A DNA stretch of 32,000 nucleotides from Acinetobacter wanghuae (GCF_009557235.1 NZ_CP045650.1:2730001-2762000); one strand, 5' to 3'; shown: positions 22,244 to 30,774, numbered from the stretch's first letter. Made by a program: numbers and translations. Notes: generated by a model not told the origin, from the letters alone.

Positions 22244-23608
22244 ATGCATCTGCATATCTTGGGCATTTGTGGCACCTTTATGGGCTCGTTGGCATTATTG
22301 GCACGCGACCTCGGACATAAGGTGACAGGTTCTGATCAGAACGTTTATCCACCGATGTCGACCCAATTGGAAAGTGCAGGTATCACACTAATGCAAGGCT
22401 ATGACCGTAGTCATTTACAGCCGCATCCCGATTTAGTGATTGTCGGTAATGCCATGAAACGTGGGATTGATGCGGTAGAATACATGCTGAACGAAGGTCT
22501 GCCGTATATTTCAGGACCACAGTTCCTTGCTGACCATGTATTGCAAGGCAAACACGTGTTAGGCGTTGCCGGTACACACGGTAAAACCACAACGACTACG
22601 ATGCTGGCTTGGGTATTGGATCAAGCAGGGCTTGAACCGGGCTTCTTGATTGGTGGTGTACCGCTTGGTTTTAGTGAAAGTGCACGTCTAGGTGGTGGGA
22701 AATTTTTCTGCGTTGAAGCTGATGAATATGATTCTGCGTTCTTCGACAAACGCTCGAAGTTTGTGCATTACCACCCCAAAACCGCGATTTTAAATAACCT
22801 TGAATTTGACCATGCCGATATTTTTGATGACTTGGCTGCGATTCAAAAACAGTTCCATCATTTGGTGCGTACGATTCCATCCGAAGGTCGCATTATTGCC
22901 CCAATTACTGAAACCAATATTGATGAAGTCTTAGAACAGGGTTGTTGGACACCTGTGGTTCGTACATCTTTAGATGCCAATGAAAAATCTGAACTGTATG
23001 CCGAGCAGCTCTCTGAAGATGGTTCACATTTTAAAGTGCTGCAACATGGCGTGGTTAAAGGTGAAGTTCGTTGGAATATGACAGGGCAGCACAGTGTTGC
23101 CAATGCCTTAGCGACGATTGCAGCCGCAGAACATGTAGGGGTTTCCATTGAAACAGCATGCCAAGCCTTGTCAAACTTTGGTGGTGTGAAACGCCGTATG
23201 GAATTGCTTGATACTGTACGTGGCATCGAAGTTTACGATGACTTTGCTCACCACCCAACTGCGATTGATACCACGCTTGAAGGCGCACGTAAGCGTTTAG
23301 GTGAGCGCAAACTGTGGGCGATTATTGAGCCACGCTCAAACACCATGCGTATGGGCAGCCACAAAGATGGCTTAGCACATTCAGCACGTTTAGCCGATGA
23401 AGTGATTTGGTATCAACCTGAAGGTCTAGATTGGGACTTACAACCCGTGATTGATGCATCTCCAAATAAAGCCGTCGTTGCGCGTACCTTGGATGAGATC
23501 ATTCAAACAGTTGTTGATGAAGCAGGCGAGGGCGATGCTGTCGTGATTATGTCGAATGGCGGTTTTGGTGGTTTACATCAAAAGCTGATTACAGCGTTAA
23601 AAGCCTAA
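22244..23608 (+). CDS. mpl: UDP-N-acetylmuramate:L-alanyl-gamma-D-glutamyl-meso-diaminopimelate ligase
   Basis: MHLHILGICGTFMGSLA..., the P-loop GVAGTHGKTTTT, and a Mur-ligase pattern of Mpl length. ATG 22244 is preceded by GGAG at 8 nt; the track start at 22214 is a GTG 10 codons upstream. Confidence 0.9.
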   Translation: MHLHILGICGTFMGSLALLARDLGHKVTGSDQNVYPPMSTQLESAGITLMQGYDRSHLQPHPDLVIVGNAMKRGIDAVEYMLNEGLPYISGPQFLADHVLQGKHVLGVAGTHGKTTTTTMLAWVLDQAGLEPGFLIGGVPLGFSESARLGGGKFFCVEADEYDSAFFDKRSKFVHYHPKTAILNNLEFDHADIFDDLAAIQKQFHHLVRTIPSEGRIIAPITETNIDEVLEQGCWTPVVRTSLDANEKSELYAEQLSEDGSHFKVLQHGVVKGEVRWNMTGQHSVANALATIAAAEHVGVSIETACQALSNFGGVKRRMELLDTVRGIEVYDDFAHHPTAIDTTLEGARKRLGERKLWAIIEPRSNTMRMGSHKDGLAHSARLADEVIWYQPEGLDWDLQPVIDASPNKAVVARTLDEIIQTVVDEAGEGDAVVIMSNGGFGGLHQKLITALKA

Positions 23609-23621
23609 TTTATATATAAGA

Positions 23622-23650
23622 AAAGAGCCCGCGAAGCGGGCTTTTTTTAT
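23622..23650 (+). terminator. mpl terminator
   Basis: AAAGAGCCCGC-GAA-GCGGGCTTTTTTT. Confidence 0.85.
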
Positions 23651-23903
23651 TTTTGAAATATCATATTTAAAAAAGAAAGCGATGTATTTTAAGTTTTTTT
23701 GCCAATGTCATTGGGTAAGGACTATGTTGTTATAGATGAAAGATCAAAACGTATGCAACTTTTGTTGAATAGTAAAAAATACAAATAAGATATTAAATTC
23801 AGCTGTCTAAAAATAAGGGCAAACCTCAGCGAATCTTGCTAAAAGCGATGAGTGTTTTGTCACAATAAAGCTTTATAAAAGTAATAAATCAAGGGGTGAA
23901 CAT

Positions 23904-24260
23904 TTGCTCAAAGATCTGATCATAACGTTGGTGGTTCTATGCAGCTTTTTCCTACTACTCATTAGCTTGAATTTGTCCGCCCTGTGTATCGGCATCAATT
24001 TGTTACTTAGCTCATTATTTGTGAGTTGGTCACTTTCAACATTTGTGCAACATCGCGCATTTTATCAAACAAGTAGCTTACTGATTTTAGCCGTTATTAC
24101 TTTCTTAAAACCTTATGAAGATATGATTTGGACCTTGCTTGGACTGATCATAGGGCGTTGTATATATAAATTTTTCCAAGCCAATATCTTGCAACAGATC
24201 AAATGCAATTTTTTCAAAATTTATAGTAAATATACTCAAAGAAAACGCTTAAAGAATTGA
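23904..24260 (+). CDS. Hypothetical membrane protein (3-4 TM)
   Basis: 118-aa ORF with a TTG start 7 nt after AAGGGG, hydrophobic segments and a basic tail. I recognise no family. It overlaps the convergent GNAT gene by 12 nt. Confidence 0.4.
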   Translation: MLKDLIITLVVLCSFFLLLISLNLSALCIGINLLLSSLFVSWSLSTFVQHRAFYQTSSLLILAVITFLKPYEDMIWTLLGLIIGRCIYKFFQANILQQIKCNFFKIYSKYTQRKRLKN

Positions 24261-24539
24261 TGCATCTACATCTGCTAAGCTCGGATCACGTCTAAATATC
24301 ACATCGACATATGAACACTGTGGAATAATTTTAAGATGTTTTTCTCGAGCAAAGCTAACCAAGGCATCAAGTAACTGCCGCGCCAAACCTTTCCCACGCA
24401 ACAGCGGATCAACCCAAGTATGATCAGCAATCATGGTCTGTGCATCACGTTGTTGATAGGTGATTTCAGCAATACGCGCCTGATCGCGCTCAATATAAAA
24501 CACACCACCATGTTTGGTATTTTGATGTTCAATCTGCAT
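24249..24539 (-). CDS. Mini-GNAT N-acetyltransferase-like protein (YjdJ / Acetyltransf_CG type), paralogue 1
   Basis: 96 aa. HTWVDPLLRGKGLARQLLDALVSFAREKHLKIIPQCSYV is the GNAT motif A region of the short YjdJ-like family. Confidence 0.75.
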   Translation of the reverse strand: MQIEHQNTKHGGVFYIERDQARIAEITYQQRDAQTMIADHTWVDPLLRGKGLARQLLDALVSFAREKHLKIIPQCSYVDVIFRRDPSLADVDASIL

Positions 24540-24687
24540 ATATCTTATTCCTTATTCATTGAAGCAAAAAGTTAAAACCTCATCGCTACTGTTTACACTT
24601 TTATATTCAAAATACCCATTCTTAGGGATAGGCTGCCATATCGCTTTATTCGTATATTAAGATCGAGTTCTGAATAAAAGAAAGCGC

Positions 24688-24789
24688 ATGGATATTTATA
24701 TTGCACTGATAAGCTTGTTAATTTTATTGGCTATCCTTTGGGGAATTACCTTATTTAAAAACCGTAAGCGTCAAGCATTTAAAGATTAA
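24688..24789 (+). CDS. Candidate small membrane peptide (33 aa), not in the ORF track
   Basis: MDIYIALISLLILLAILWGITLFKNRKRQAFKD is one TM helix plus a basic tail. The SD is weak (AAAGAAAG), and the stop overlaps the stop of the convergent GNAT gene. Its architecture parallels the ORF at 26707-26817. Confidence 0.25.
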   Translation: MDIYIALISLLILLAILWGITLFKNRKRQAFKD

Positions 24790-25097
24790 TGCAACACATC
24801 TCGAATCTCAGGATCTTTATCAAAGACAGATTTTGCAAAAGGGCAGAGTGGAATAATTTTGACACCTTTTTCACGTGCAAATTTGACTGCTTCATCTAGT
24901 AAATAACGTCCCACGTGTTGACCACGTAAACTATCATCCACCCAGGTATGATCAATAATAAACTTATCATCTCCTGCCCATGAATAACTCATTTCAGCCA
25001 AACGCTGCTCATTCGGTTCTACATACCATTCGCCTTTGCTACCATTTTCCTGATGTGAAATCTGCATAGTTGTATCTGCTGTCATGTTGTCAGTCAT
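24786..25097 (-). CDS. Mini-GNAT N-acetyltransferase-like protein (YjdJ / Acetyltransf_CG type), paralogue 2
   Basis: 103 aa. HTWVDDSLRGQHVGRYLLDEAVKFAREKGVKIIPLCPFAKSVF aligns with the paralogue at 24249-24539. Confidence 0.75.
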   Translation of the reverse strand: MTDNMTADTTMQISHQENGSKGEWYVEPNEQRLAEMSYSWAGDDKFIIDHTWVDDSLRGQHVGRYLLDEAVKFAREKGVKIIPLCPFAKSVFDKDPEIRDVLH

Positions 25098-25233
25098 CTC
25101 TGAAGATTTGCATATTTTGATTTTTTACACTGTTGGTTTTGTATAAACAAATAAACCATCTTCCGAGCTTAAAGATGTGAATCTAGCAGAATGGCGTATA
25201 AAATACCGCCACGTTTTTCTGTATTGATTTGTT

Positions 25234-26427
25234 ATGCCCCAATCTAACACCAAGCCCAACACAACCCGTCAATGGATTTGTGTCATTGCCTTGGCCTGTG
25301 CTGCTTTTATTTTTAATACCACTGAATTTATTCCTGTTGCCTTACTGAGTGATATTGGTCGTAGTTTTACCATGTCACCCACCCAAGTCGGACTCATGCT
25401 GACGATTTATGCGTGGGTGGTCGCGCTATTATCGTTACCAATGATGCTGCTCACCAAGAACATTGAACGGCGTTTTTTACTGACGGTTTTATTTGGCGTG
25501 TTTATTGTGAGCCATGTGCTGTCTTATTTCGCTTGGAGCTTTAGTGTCTTGGTTGTCAGTCGTATCGGCATTGCGATCGCGCATGCTTTATTTTGGTCCA
25601 TTACCGCATCTTTAGCGATTCGTGTTGCACCTAAAGGCAAAGAGTTCCAAGCACTCGGATTGCTCTCTACGGGTACCGCTATGGCAATGGTCTTGGGTAT
25701 CCCATTTGGTCGTATGATTGGTGAGGCATATGGTTGGCGTAATAGCTTCGCCCTCATTGCTGTAGTTGCTACAGTGGTCTGCTTAATTTTGGCCAAAACA
25801 TTACCTTTACTGCCAAGCGTAAATTCTGGTTCGATCAGCAGCTTAAAAAGCTTAATTAAACGTCCGAGCCTAATGCTCATTTTTGCATTAACAGTGATTG
25901 TGATCAGTGCGCAATTTACCGCTTATAGTTATATTGAACCCTTTACCTTAACTGTCGCTGAATTTAGTTCTTCACAAACCACGACACTATTACTGATTTA
26001 TGGTGGCGCAGGTTTTATCGGCTCGTATTTATTCGGTAAATTTGCTCCGCAATTCCCACGTTTAACCATTCCATTATTTACTTGCGGACTAGCCATTTCA
26101 ATGGCGCTGTTATTGCCACTTTCTCATCATGTGCTTGGTTTAAATGGCTTAAGTATTCTATGGGGTGTAAGCATTATTGGCTTTAGTTTAGCCTTACAAG
26201 CCAAATGTTTAAATTTAGCTGCCGATGCAACCGATGTAGCAATGGCAATTTTCTCAGGCTTATACAATGTCGGCATTGGCGGAGGTGCGCTTTTAGGAGG
26301 TGTCGTTGCAGCAAATATCGGTCTAAATGGGATTGGTTGGGTCGGCGCAAGCATCGCATGCGTTGGATTTATCTTGACTTTATATTTAGTCAATCGTCAT
26401 GACTTTTTATCACAAGCGATAAGGTAA
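25234..26427 (+). CDS. MFS exporter, sugar efflux transporter SotB/YdeA-like
   Basis: 397 aa with 12 TM. The N-terminal block [24 protein letters not shown]...[19 protein letters not shown] closely recalls E. coli SotB. Confidence 0.75.
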   Translation: MPQSNTKPNTTRQWICVIALACAAFIFNTTEFIPVALLSDIGRSFTMSPTQVGLMLTIYAWVVALLSLPMMLLTKNIERRFLLTVLFGVFIVSHVLSYFAWSFSVLVVSRIGIAIAHALFWSITASLAIRVAPKGKEFQALGLLSTGTAMAMVLGIPFGRMIGEAYGWRNSFALIAVVATVVCLILAKTLPLLPSVNSGSISSLKSLIKRPSLMLIFALTVIVISAQFTAYSYIEPFTLTVAEFSSSQTTTLLLIYGGAGFIGSYLFGKFAPQFPRLTIPLFTCGLAISMALLLPLSHHVLGLNGLSILWGVSIIGFSLALQAKCLNLAADATDVAMAIFSGLYNVGIGGGALLGGVVAANIGLNGIGWVGASIACVGFILTLYLVNRHDFLSQAIR

Positions 26428-26520
26428 GTGAGTATGTATCAGACCATACTCAAAGAATTAGACCTACTCATAAAAACTTTAAAAATATAAGGGCATTAAA
26501 ACTTCACGTTAGTCTTTGAT

Positions 26521-26560
26521 AGATATTAAGTTTGACTTTGGCCTTTCAAACTTAATATCT
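26521..26560. repeat. Perfect 15-bp inverted repeat (hairpin or operator)
   Basis: AGATATTAAGTTTGA (26521-26535) - 10 nt - TCAAACTTAATATCT (26546-26560). No flanking U-run on either strand. Confidence 0.7.
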
Positions 26561-26706
26561 CTTGGCCTAGCTGAACAGTTCATATTATAGAGCAATAAAT
26601 AGCCATATTTTATGTGAAATTGATTACTTTAAAACCAAAAACATTAGTTACAAAAATAATACTATAAGATACAATTAATAACATAATAGTATTTTGAGTT
26701 TTTTGA

Positions 26707-26817
26707 ATGGACTTTACAATTATTTTAATATGCATTTTACTCATTATTAGTGTCCTTCTCATTGTTTCTCTAATGAAGGATAGATTTAATGACCCGTTTA
26801 GAAAAAGCAATCGGTGA
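26707..26817 (+). CDS. Candidate small membrane peptide (36 aa), not in the ORF track
   Basis: MDFTIILICILLIISVLLIVSLMKDRFNDPFRKSNR is one TM helix plus a basic tail, in an extremely AT-rich spacer, and resembles the 24688 peptide. The SD is weak. Confidence 0.25.
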   Translation: MDFTIILICILLIISVLLIVSLMKDRFNDPFRKSNR

Positions 26818-26887
26818 TTGAATTTTCTTCAATTCTATGCGACTCTTAGCATCGAATTTTGGATTTAATCCAAATCAAATGAATTTG

Positions 26888-27080
26888 AACAAGGGGAGTA
26901 GCCTCCTCCAAACGTTTAAGAACATTGTTCTAAACGTGTCAGAATATCGTCATTACACTTCTTTTGAAGTCGGTATCTGAGCATTTGCAGTGTTATCACA
27001 TATAACTGACAAATGTAGGCAAGACCTTGATCATGTTGTTATAGATGTTTTTTCATCTAGCAACTGGTCGAGGTTTTTTT
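26888..27080 (+). promoter_or_regulatory. yybP-ykoY (Mn2+) riboswitch with terminator expression platform, leader of the TerC gene
   Basis: The conserved GGGGAGTAG (26893-26901) and the distal ...CTGACAAATGTAGGCAAGACCTTG (to 27029) are present. P1 pairs CAAGG (26890-26894) with CCTTG (27025-27029). The 3' P1 strand AAGACCTTGA (27021-27030) can alternatively pair with TCGAGGTTTT (27068-27077) in a long hairpin followed by T7 (to 27080). The downstream gene is TerC/Alx, the classic regulon member. Confidence 0.7.
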
Positions 27081-27110
27081 ATGGCCAATTGTTAGATGTG
27101 GAGGATTCAC

Positions 27111-28073
27111 ATGGAAACAATTGGTACGCTTTGGCTGTATCTGGCATTTTTTGGCATCGTACTTGTGATGCTTGTGATCGACTTTTTAGGCTTTAAACAA
27201 AAACAAGGTCAGGAAATCAAACTTAAAACCGCAGCGTATTGGAGCATCGCTTGGGTGAGCGTTGCAACTTTATTTGGTGGTGGTTTATGGCTTTACTTGC
27301 AACAAACTGCAGGTGTCACGATTGCCAATGCAAAAGTCATGGAATACTTTGCAGGTTATCTCTTAGAAAAATCCTTAGCGATTGATAACGTCTTTGTTTG
27401 GCTGATGATCTTTGCTGCATTTGCGATTCCACCCGCTTTACAACGTAAATTGCTGCTCTACGGTGTACTGGGCGCCATTGTTTTACGTACCATTTTTATT
27501 TTTATTGGTGCGTGGTTCGTTCAAGAGTTTTCTTGGGTGCTGTATATCTTTGGAGCATTCTTGGTCTATACCGGTTTCAAATTCCTCAAAGGACAAGAAG
27601 ACGATCCCAATATCGAAGATATGGCAATTTTAAAATGGCTACGTAAGCGTATGCGCATTACACCTACCATGGAAGATGACAAATTCTTCGTTCGTAAAGA
27701 TGGCTTACTTTGGGTCACGCCGTTGTTCTTGGTTCTGATTTTGGTTGAAGCATCGGATGTGATTTTTGCGGTCGATTCCATTCCTGCCATTTTCGCGGTC
27801 ACCACCGATCCCTTCATTGTGTTAACCGCAAATTTGATGGCAATTTTAGGTTTGCGCGCAATGTTCTTCTTGCTTTCTGGTGCTGCATCGAAAATGCATT
27901 ATTTACCTTATGGTCTCGGTATTATTTTATTGTTCATTGGCTTCAAAATGTTGATGCTCGATGTGTTCCATATGCCAATTTGGATTTCCTTAAGCTTTAT
28001 TGTGCTTGTGCTTGCCATCACCGCATTTTTATCAATTCGACATAGTAAAAAGCATCACGAAACAACACTATAA
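27111..28073 (+). CDS. TerC/Alx family integral membrane protein (putative Mn/redox-related exporter)
   Basis: 320 aa from ATG 27111, which lies 5 nt after GGAGGA. TerC family blocks EKSLAIDNVFVW and VEASDVIFAVDSIPAIFAVT are present. Confidence 0.88.
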   Translation: METIGTLWLYLAFFGIVLVMLVIDFLGFKQKQGQEIKLKTAAYWSIAWVSVATLFGGGLWLYLQQTAGVTIANAKVMEYFAGYLLEKSLAIDNVFVWLMIFAAFAIPPALQRKLLLYGVLGAIVLRTIFIFIGAWFVQEFSWVLYIFGAFLVYTGFKFLKGQEDDPNIEDMAILKWLRKRMRITPTMEDDKFFVRKDGLLWVTPLFLVLILVEASDVIFAVDSIPAIFAVTTDPFIVLTANLMAILGLRAMFFLLSGAASKMHYLPYGLGIILLFIGFKMLMLDVFHMPIWISLSFIVLVLAITAFLSIRHSKKHHETTL

Positions 28074-28089
28074 ACATTCTTATTCAATC

Positions 28090-28118
28090 AAAAGCCTTCC
28101 GTTCGGAGGGCTTTTTTA
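28090..28118 (+). terminator. TerC gene terminator
   Basis: AAAAGCCTTCC-GTTC-GGAGGGCTTTTTT. Confidence 0.8.
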
Positions 28119-28258
28119 GCTTTGGAATAACCATACTATATAAATGCATGGCAGCAAATTTTGATAAAAAAGGCTCTATTTAAAATCAATACAGCAGGTT
28201 TTCATCACAGAACTTCAGGTACAATCAATTGAAAAAATGACAAAGTAAAGGGTTAAAA

Positions 28259-29584
28259 ATGTCTTCTTTAGTTGCAACGACGGCAGTCCGCGGTCGCTTC
28301 CTCGATATTCAAAATACGGTTGCCCAAGCGCGTGATATTCACGCCCAAGTGCGCTATGTAGAAGATGGTTTACTCATCACACAAAATGGTAAAATTCAGT
28401 GGTTTGGGACATGGCAAGAAGGGCAATATCAACTTTCTCCAAACACCCAGGTTGAGCATTATCCAGAACAACTCATTATTCCCGGTTTCATCGATACACA
28501 CATTCATTTCCCACAAACCGAAATGGTCGGCGCTTATGGTGAACAGCTTTTAGAATGGCTCAACACCTATACATTCCCCACCGAAATCCAATTTAAAGAC
28601 CCAGACTATTCAGCGAAAATCGCACAGTTCTTTATCCAAGAATTACTAAAAAATGGTACTACAACTGCACTCGTGTTTTGTACGGTGCATCCTGAATCGG
28701 TGAATGCGTTATTTGAAGCAGCCACCGCGCAAAATATGCGTCTGATTGCCGGTAAAGTCTTGATGGACCGTCATGCACCTGAAGCGCTAATGGATACCGC
28801 AGACACAGCTTACAGTGAATCTAAAACGTTAATTGAAAAATGGCACGGCAATGGGCGTAATCTGTATGCCATCACGCCTCGTTTTGCTCCGACATCAACT
28901 TCTGAACAACTCGAAAAAGCAGGGCAGCTGAAAGCTGAATATCCAGATGTTTATGTGCATACCCATTTAAGTGAAAATAAAAATGAAGTTGCATGGGTGA
29001 AAGAACTCTTCCCTGAACGTCAAGGCTACCTCGATGTTTATGACCATTATGGATTAACAGGTTCAAAATCGGTCTTTGCACATTGCGTACATTTAGAAGA
29101 AGACGAATGGCAATGTATGCATAAAACTGATTCTGCCATCGCATTTTGCCCAACCTCAAACTTGTTCTTGGGCAGTGGTTTATTCCCATTGAAAAAAGCA
29201 TGGCAAGCAGGCGTAAAAGTCGGCTTAGGCACAGATATCGGGGCAGGGACGTCATTTAACCAATTACAAACTTTGAATGAAGCCTACAAAGTGCAACAAC
29301 TTCAAGGTGATAAGCTTTCGGCATTTGAATCGCTTTATCATGCAACCATCGGTGGTGCAAAAGCCTTAAGCTTGGATGATAAACTCGGTAACTTTAATGT
29401 CGGAAAAGAAGCAGATTTTGTTGTTTTAGATTTGAATGCAACCGCGTTACAGCAACTGCGTCAGTCCAAAACTAAAAATATAGAAGATGCATTCTTTGCC
29501 TTAATGACCCTAGGTGATGATCGCAATATTGCTGCGACTTATATTTATGGACACAAAGCATATGTCAAAAAATCAAGTGACTAA
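28259..29584 (+). CDS. guaD: Guanine deaminase
   Basis: 441 aa. Amidohydrolase metal motif PGFIDTHIHFPQTEMVG, plus the later HLSEN and GTDIGAG blocks typical of guanine deaminase. Confidence 0.88.
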   Translation: MSSLVATTAVRGRFLDIQNTVAQARDIHAQVRYVEDGLLITQNGKIQWFGTWQEGQYQLSPNTQVEHYPEQLIIPGFIDTHIHFPQTEMVGAYGEQLLEWLNTYTFPTEIQFKDPDYSAKIAQFFIQELLKNGTTTALVFCTVHPESVNALFEAATAQNMRLIAGKVLMDRHAPEALMDTADTAYSESKTLIEKWHGNGRNLYAITPRFAPTSTSEQLEKAGQLKAEYPDVYVHTHLSENKNEVAWVKELFPERQGYLDVYDHYGLTGSKSVFAHCVHLEEDEWQCMHKTDSAIAFCPTSNLFLGSGLFPLKKAWQAGVKVGLGTDIGAGTSFNQLQTLNEAYKVQQLQGDKLSAFESLYHATIGGAKALSLDDKLGNFNVGKEADFVVLDLNATALQQLRQSKTKNIEDAFFALMTLGDDRNIAATYIYGHKAYVKKSSD

Positions 29585-29796
29585 AGGGCAGGGTCGACAA
29601 CTGCTTTTATTGGCTATTGTGGCGATCGCCACGTTTGGCTTGAAGCGCGATTCGCAAAAACCTAAAAAATGATTACATTTACAGCAAGCAAAATAGGTGC
29701 ATCTACCCCATGGATGTATTAAAATTGCAGATATAACAGGTGTTGCAAGTCAACGCCTTTTTTATTTTGCTATTTTTACTTTTTAGGTATCTACCC

Positions 29797-30324
29797 ATGA
29801 CCGTTCAAATGAGCGTAATGATTTCCGCTGAAGAAATTCATGCTAAAGTCAAAGAGCTTGGTGCTCAAATCGATGCACACTATGCCAATAGTGACAAAGA
29901 ACTTGTGCTCATCGGTTTATTACGCGGTTCAGTGATTTTCATGGCTGACTTATGTCGTGCCATTACAAAGCCTCATGAACTCGACTTCATGACTGTCTCA
30001 AGCTACGGCGGTAGTACAGTATCTTCACGTGATGTAAGAATCTTAAAAGATTTGGACGGTGAAATCCGTGGTAAAGATGTATTGGTGGTTGAAGATATTA
30101 TCGACTCAGGCAATACCTTGAGCAAAGTATTAGAAATTTTAGAAACACGCCAACCTAACTCAATTCAATTATGTACGTTGGTCAGCAAACCTTCACGCCG
30201 TGAAATTGAGCTTGATGTGAAATTCCTTGGTTTTGAAGTAGAAGATAAATTTATCGTGGGCTACGGTTTAGACTACGATCAAAAATATCGTCATATCCCA
30301 TTTATTGGTGAAATTGGTCTTTAA
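29797..30324 (+). CDS. hpt: Hypoxanthine phosphoribosyltransferase
   Basis: PRPP-binding motif [25 protein letters not shown] at the N-terminus, and GYGLDY..KYR near the C-terminus. The start is ATG 29797 (or 29809); the track GTG at 29740 adds a non-conserved hydrophobic extension. Confidence 0.9.
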   Translation: MTVQMSVMISAEEIHAKVKELGAQIDAHYANSDKELVLIGLLRGSVIFMADLCRAITKPHELDFMTVSSYGGSTVSSRDVRILKDLDGEIRGKDVLVVEDIIDSGNTLSKVLEILETRQPNSIQLCTLVSKPSRREIELDVKFLGFEVEDKFIVGYGLDYDQKYRHIPFIGEIGL

Positions 30325-30495
30325 GATCATGTGATAAAAAAAGTGGCTTTATGTCACTTTTTTTATGCCTAAAATTCACTATCAGAATGAACAAAAAAAC
30401 AACACGACGTTGCAGTAATCCTCTGTTTCAAGAGCCTATTTCCCTTCAAGATGAAATTATCCAAATATATTTTCATGATAATAAGGAGTCTGTTT

Positions 30496-30753
30496 ATGTG
30501 GTCAATTATTGTTGCCATTGTTATCGGTTTTATTGCAGGTTTAATCGCACGTGCAATCCATCCGGGGAATGATAAAGCAGGCTTTATTATGACGACCGTT
30601 CTCGGGATTGCAGGTTCATTGGTTGCGACCTTTGCAGGACGCGCACTTGGTTTATATTCTGAAGGTTCAGCAGCTGGATTTATCGCATCTGTGATTGGTG
30701 CCATTATTATTCTGTTTATCTATAACATGGTCACCAAGAAGAAAACAGTTTAA
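30496..30753 (+). CDS. GlsB/YeaQ/YmgE family (transglycosylase-associated) stress membrane protein
   Basis: 85 aa from ATG 30496, 7 nt after AAGGAG. MWSIIVAIVIGFIAGLIARAI.PG....GFIMTTVLGIAGSLVA is the family signature. Confidence 0.85.
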   Translation: MWSIIVAIVIGFIAGLIARAIHPGNDKAGFIMTTVLGIAGSLVATFAGRALGLYSEGSAAGFIASVIGAIIILFIYNMVTKKKTV

Positions 30754-30774
30754 ATATAAAACTTTATTTTTCAT

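Noticed and set aside
20301-23288. Antisense ORFs within purK, purE and mpl (20301-20764, 20981-21283, 21276-21473, 22383-23288)
   Set aside because: Each lies inside a strongly supported conserved gene, either on the opposite strand or out of frame (21276-21473 is on the same strand as purE). These are typical shadow frames.
26610-26810. Track ORF, minus strand, 66 aa
   Set aside because: It has a TTG start, extreme AT-rich low-complexity sequence, and no RBS or family resemblance. I retain it only as a possible antisense transcript context for the 26707 peptide.
26990-27196. Track ORF, 68 aa, overlapping the TerC leader and start
   Set aside because: It spans the riboswitch 3' half and its terminator, and it is out of frame with the RBS-supported TerC start at 27111.
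28074-28258. Looked for a purine riboswitch or PurR-type box upstream of guaD (and at 21478-21671 upstream of purE)
   Set aside because: I found no match to the conserved purine-aptamer core (…TATAAT…GGATATGGC…CCGTAAAT…) and no clear 16-bp PurR-like palindrome.
30351-30704. ORFs 30351-30572 (+) and 30369-30704 (-) around the GlsB-like gene
   Set aside because: They overlap the hpt terminator or are antisense to the well-supported 85-aa GlsB/YeaQ gene, which has its own AAGGAG RBS.
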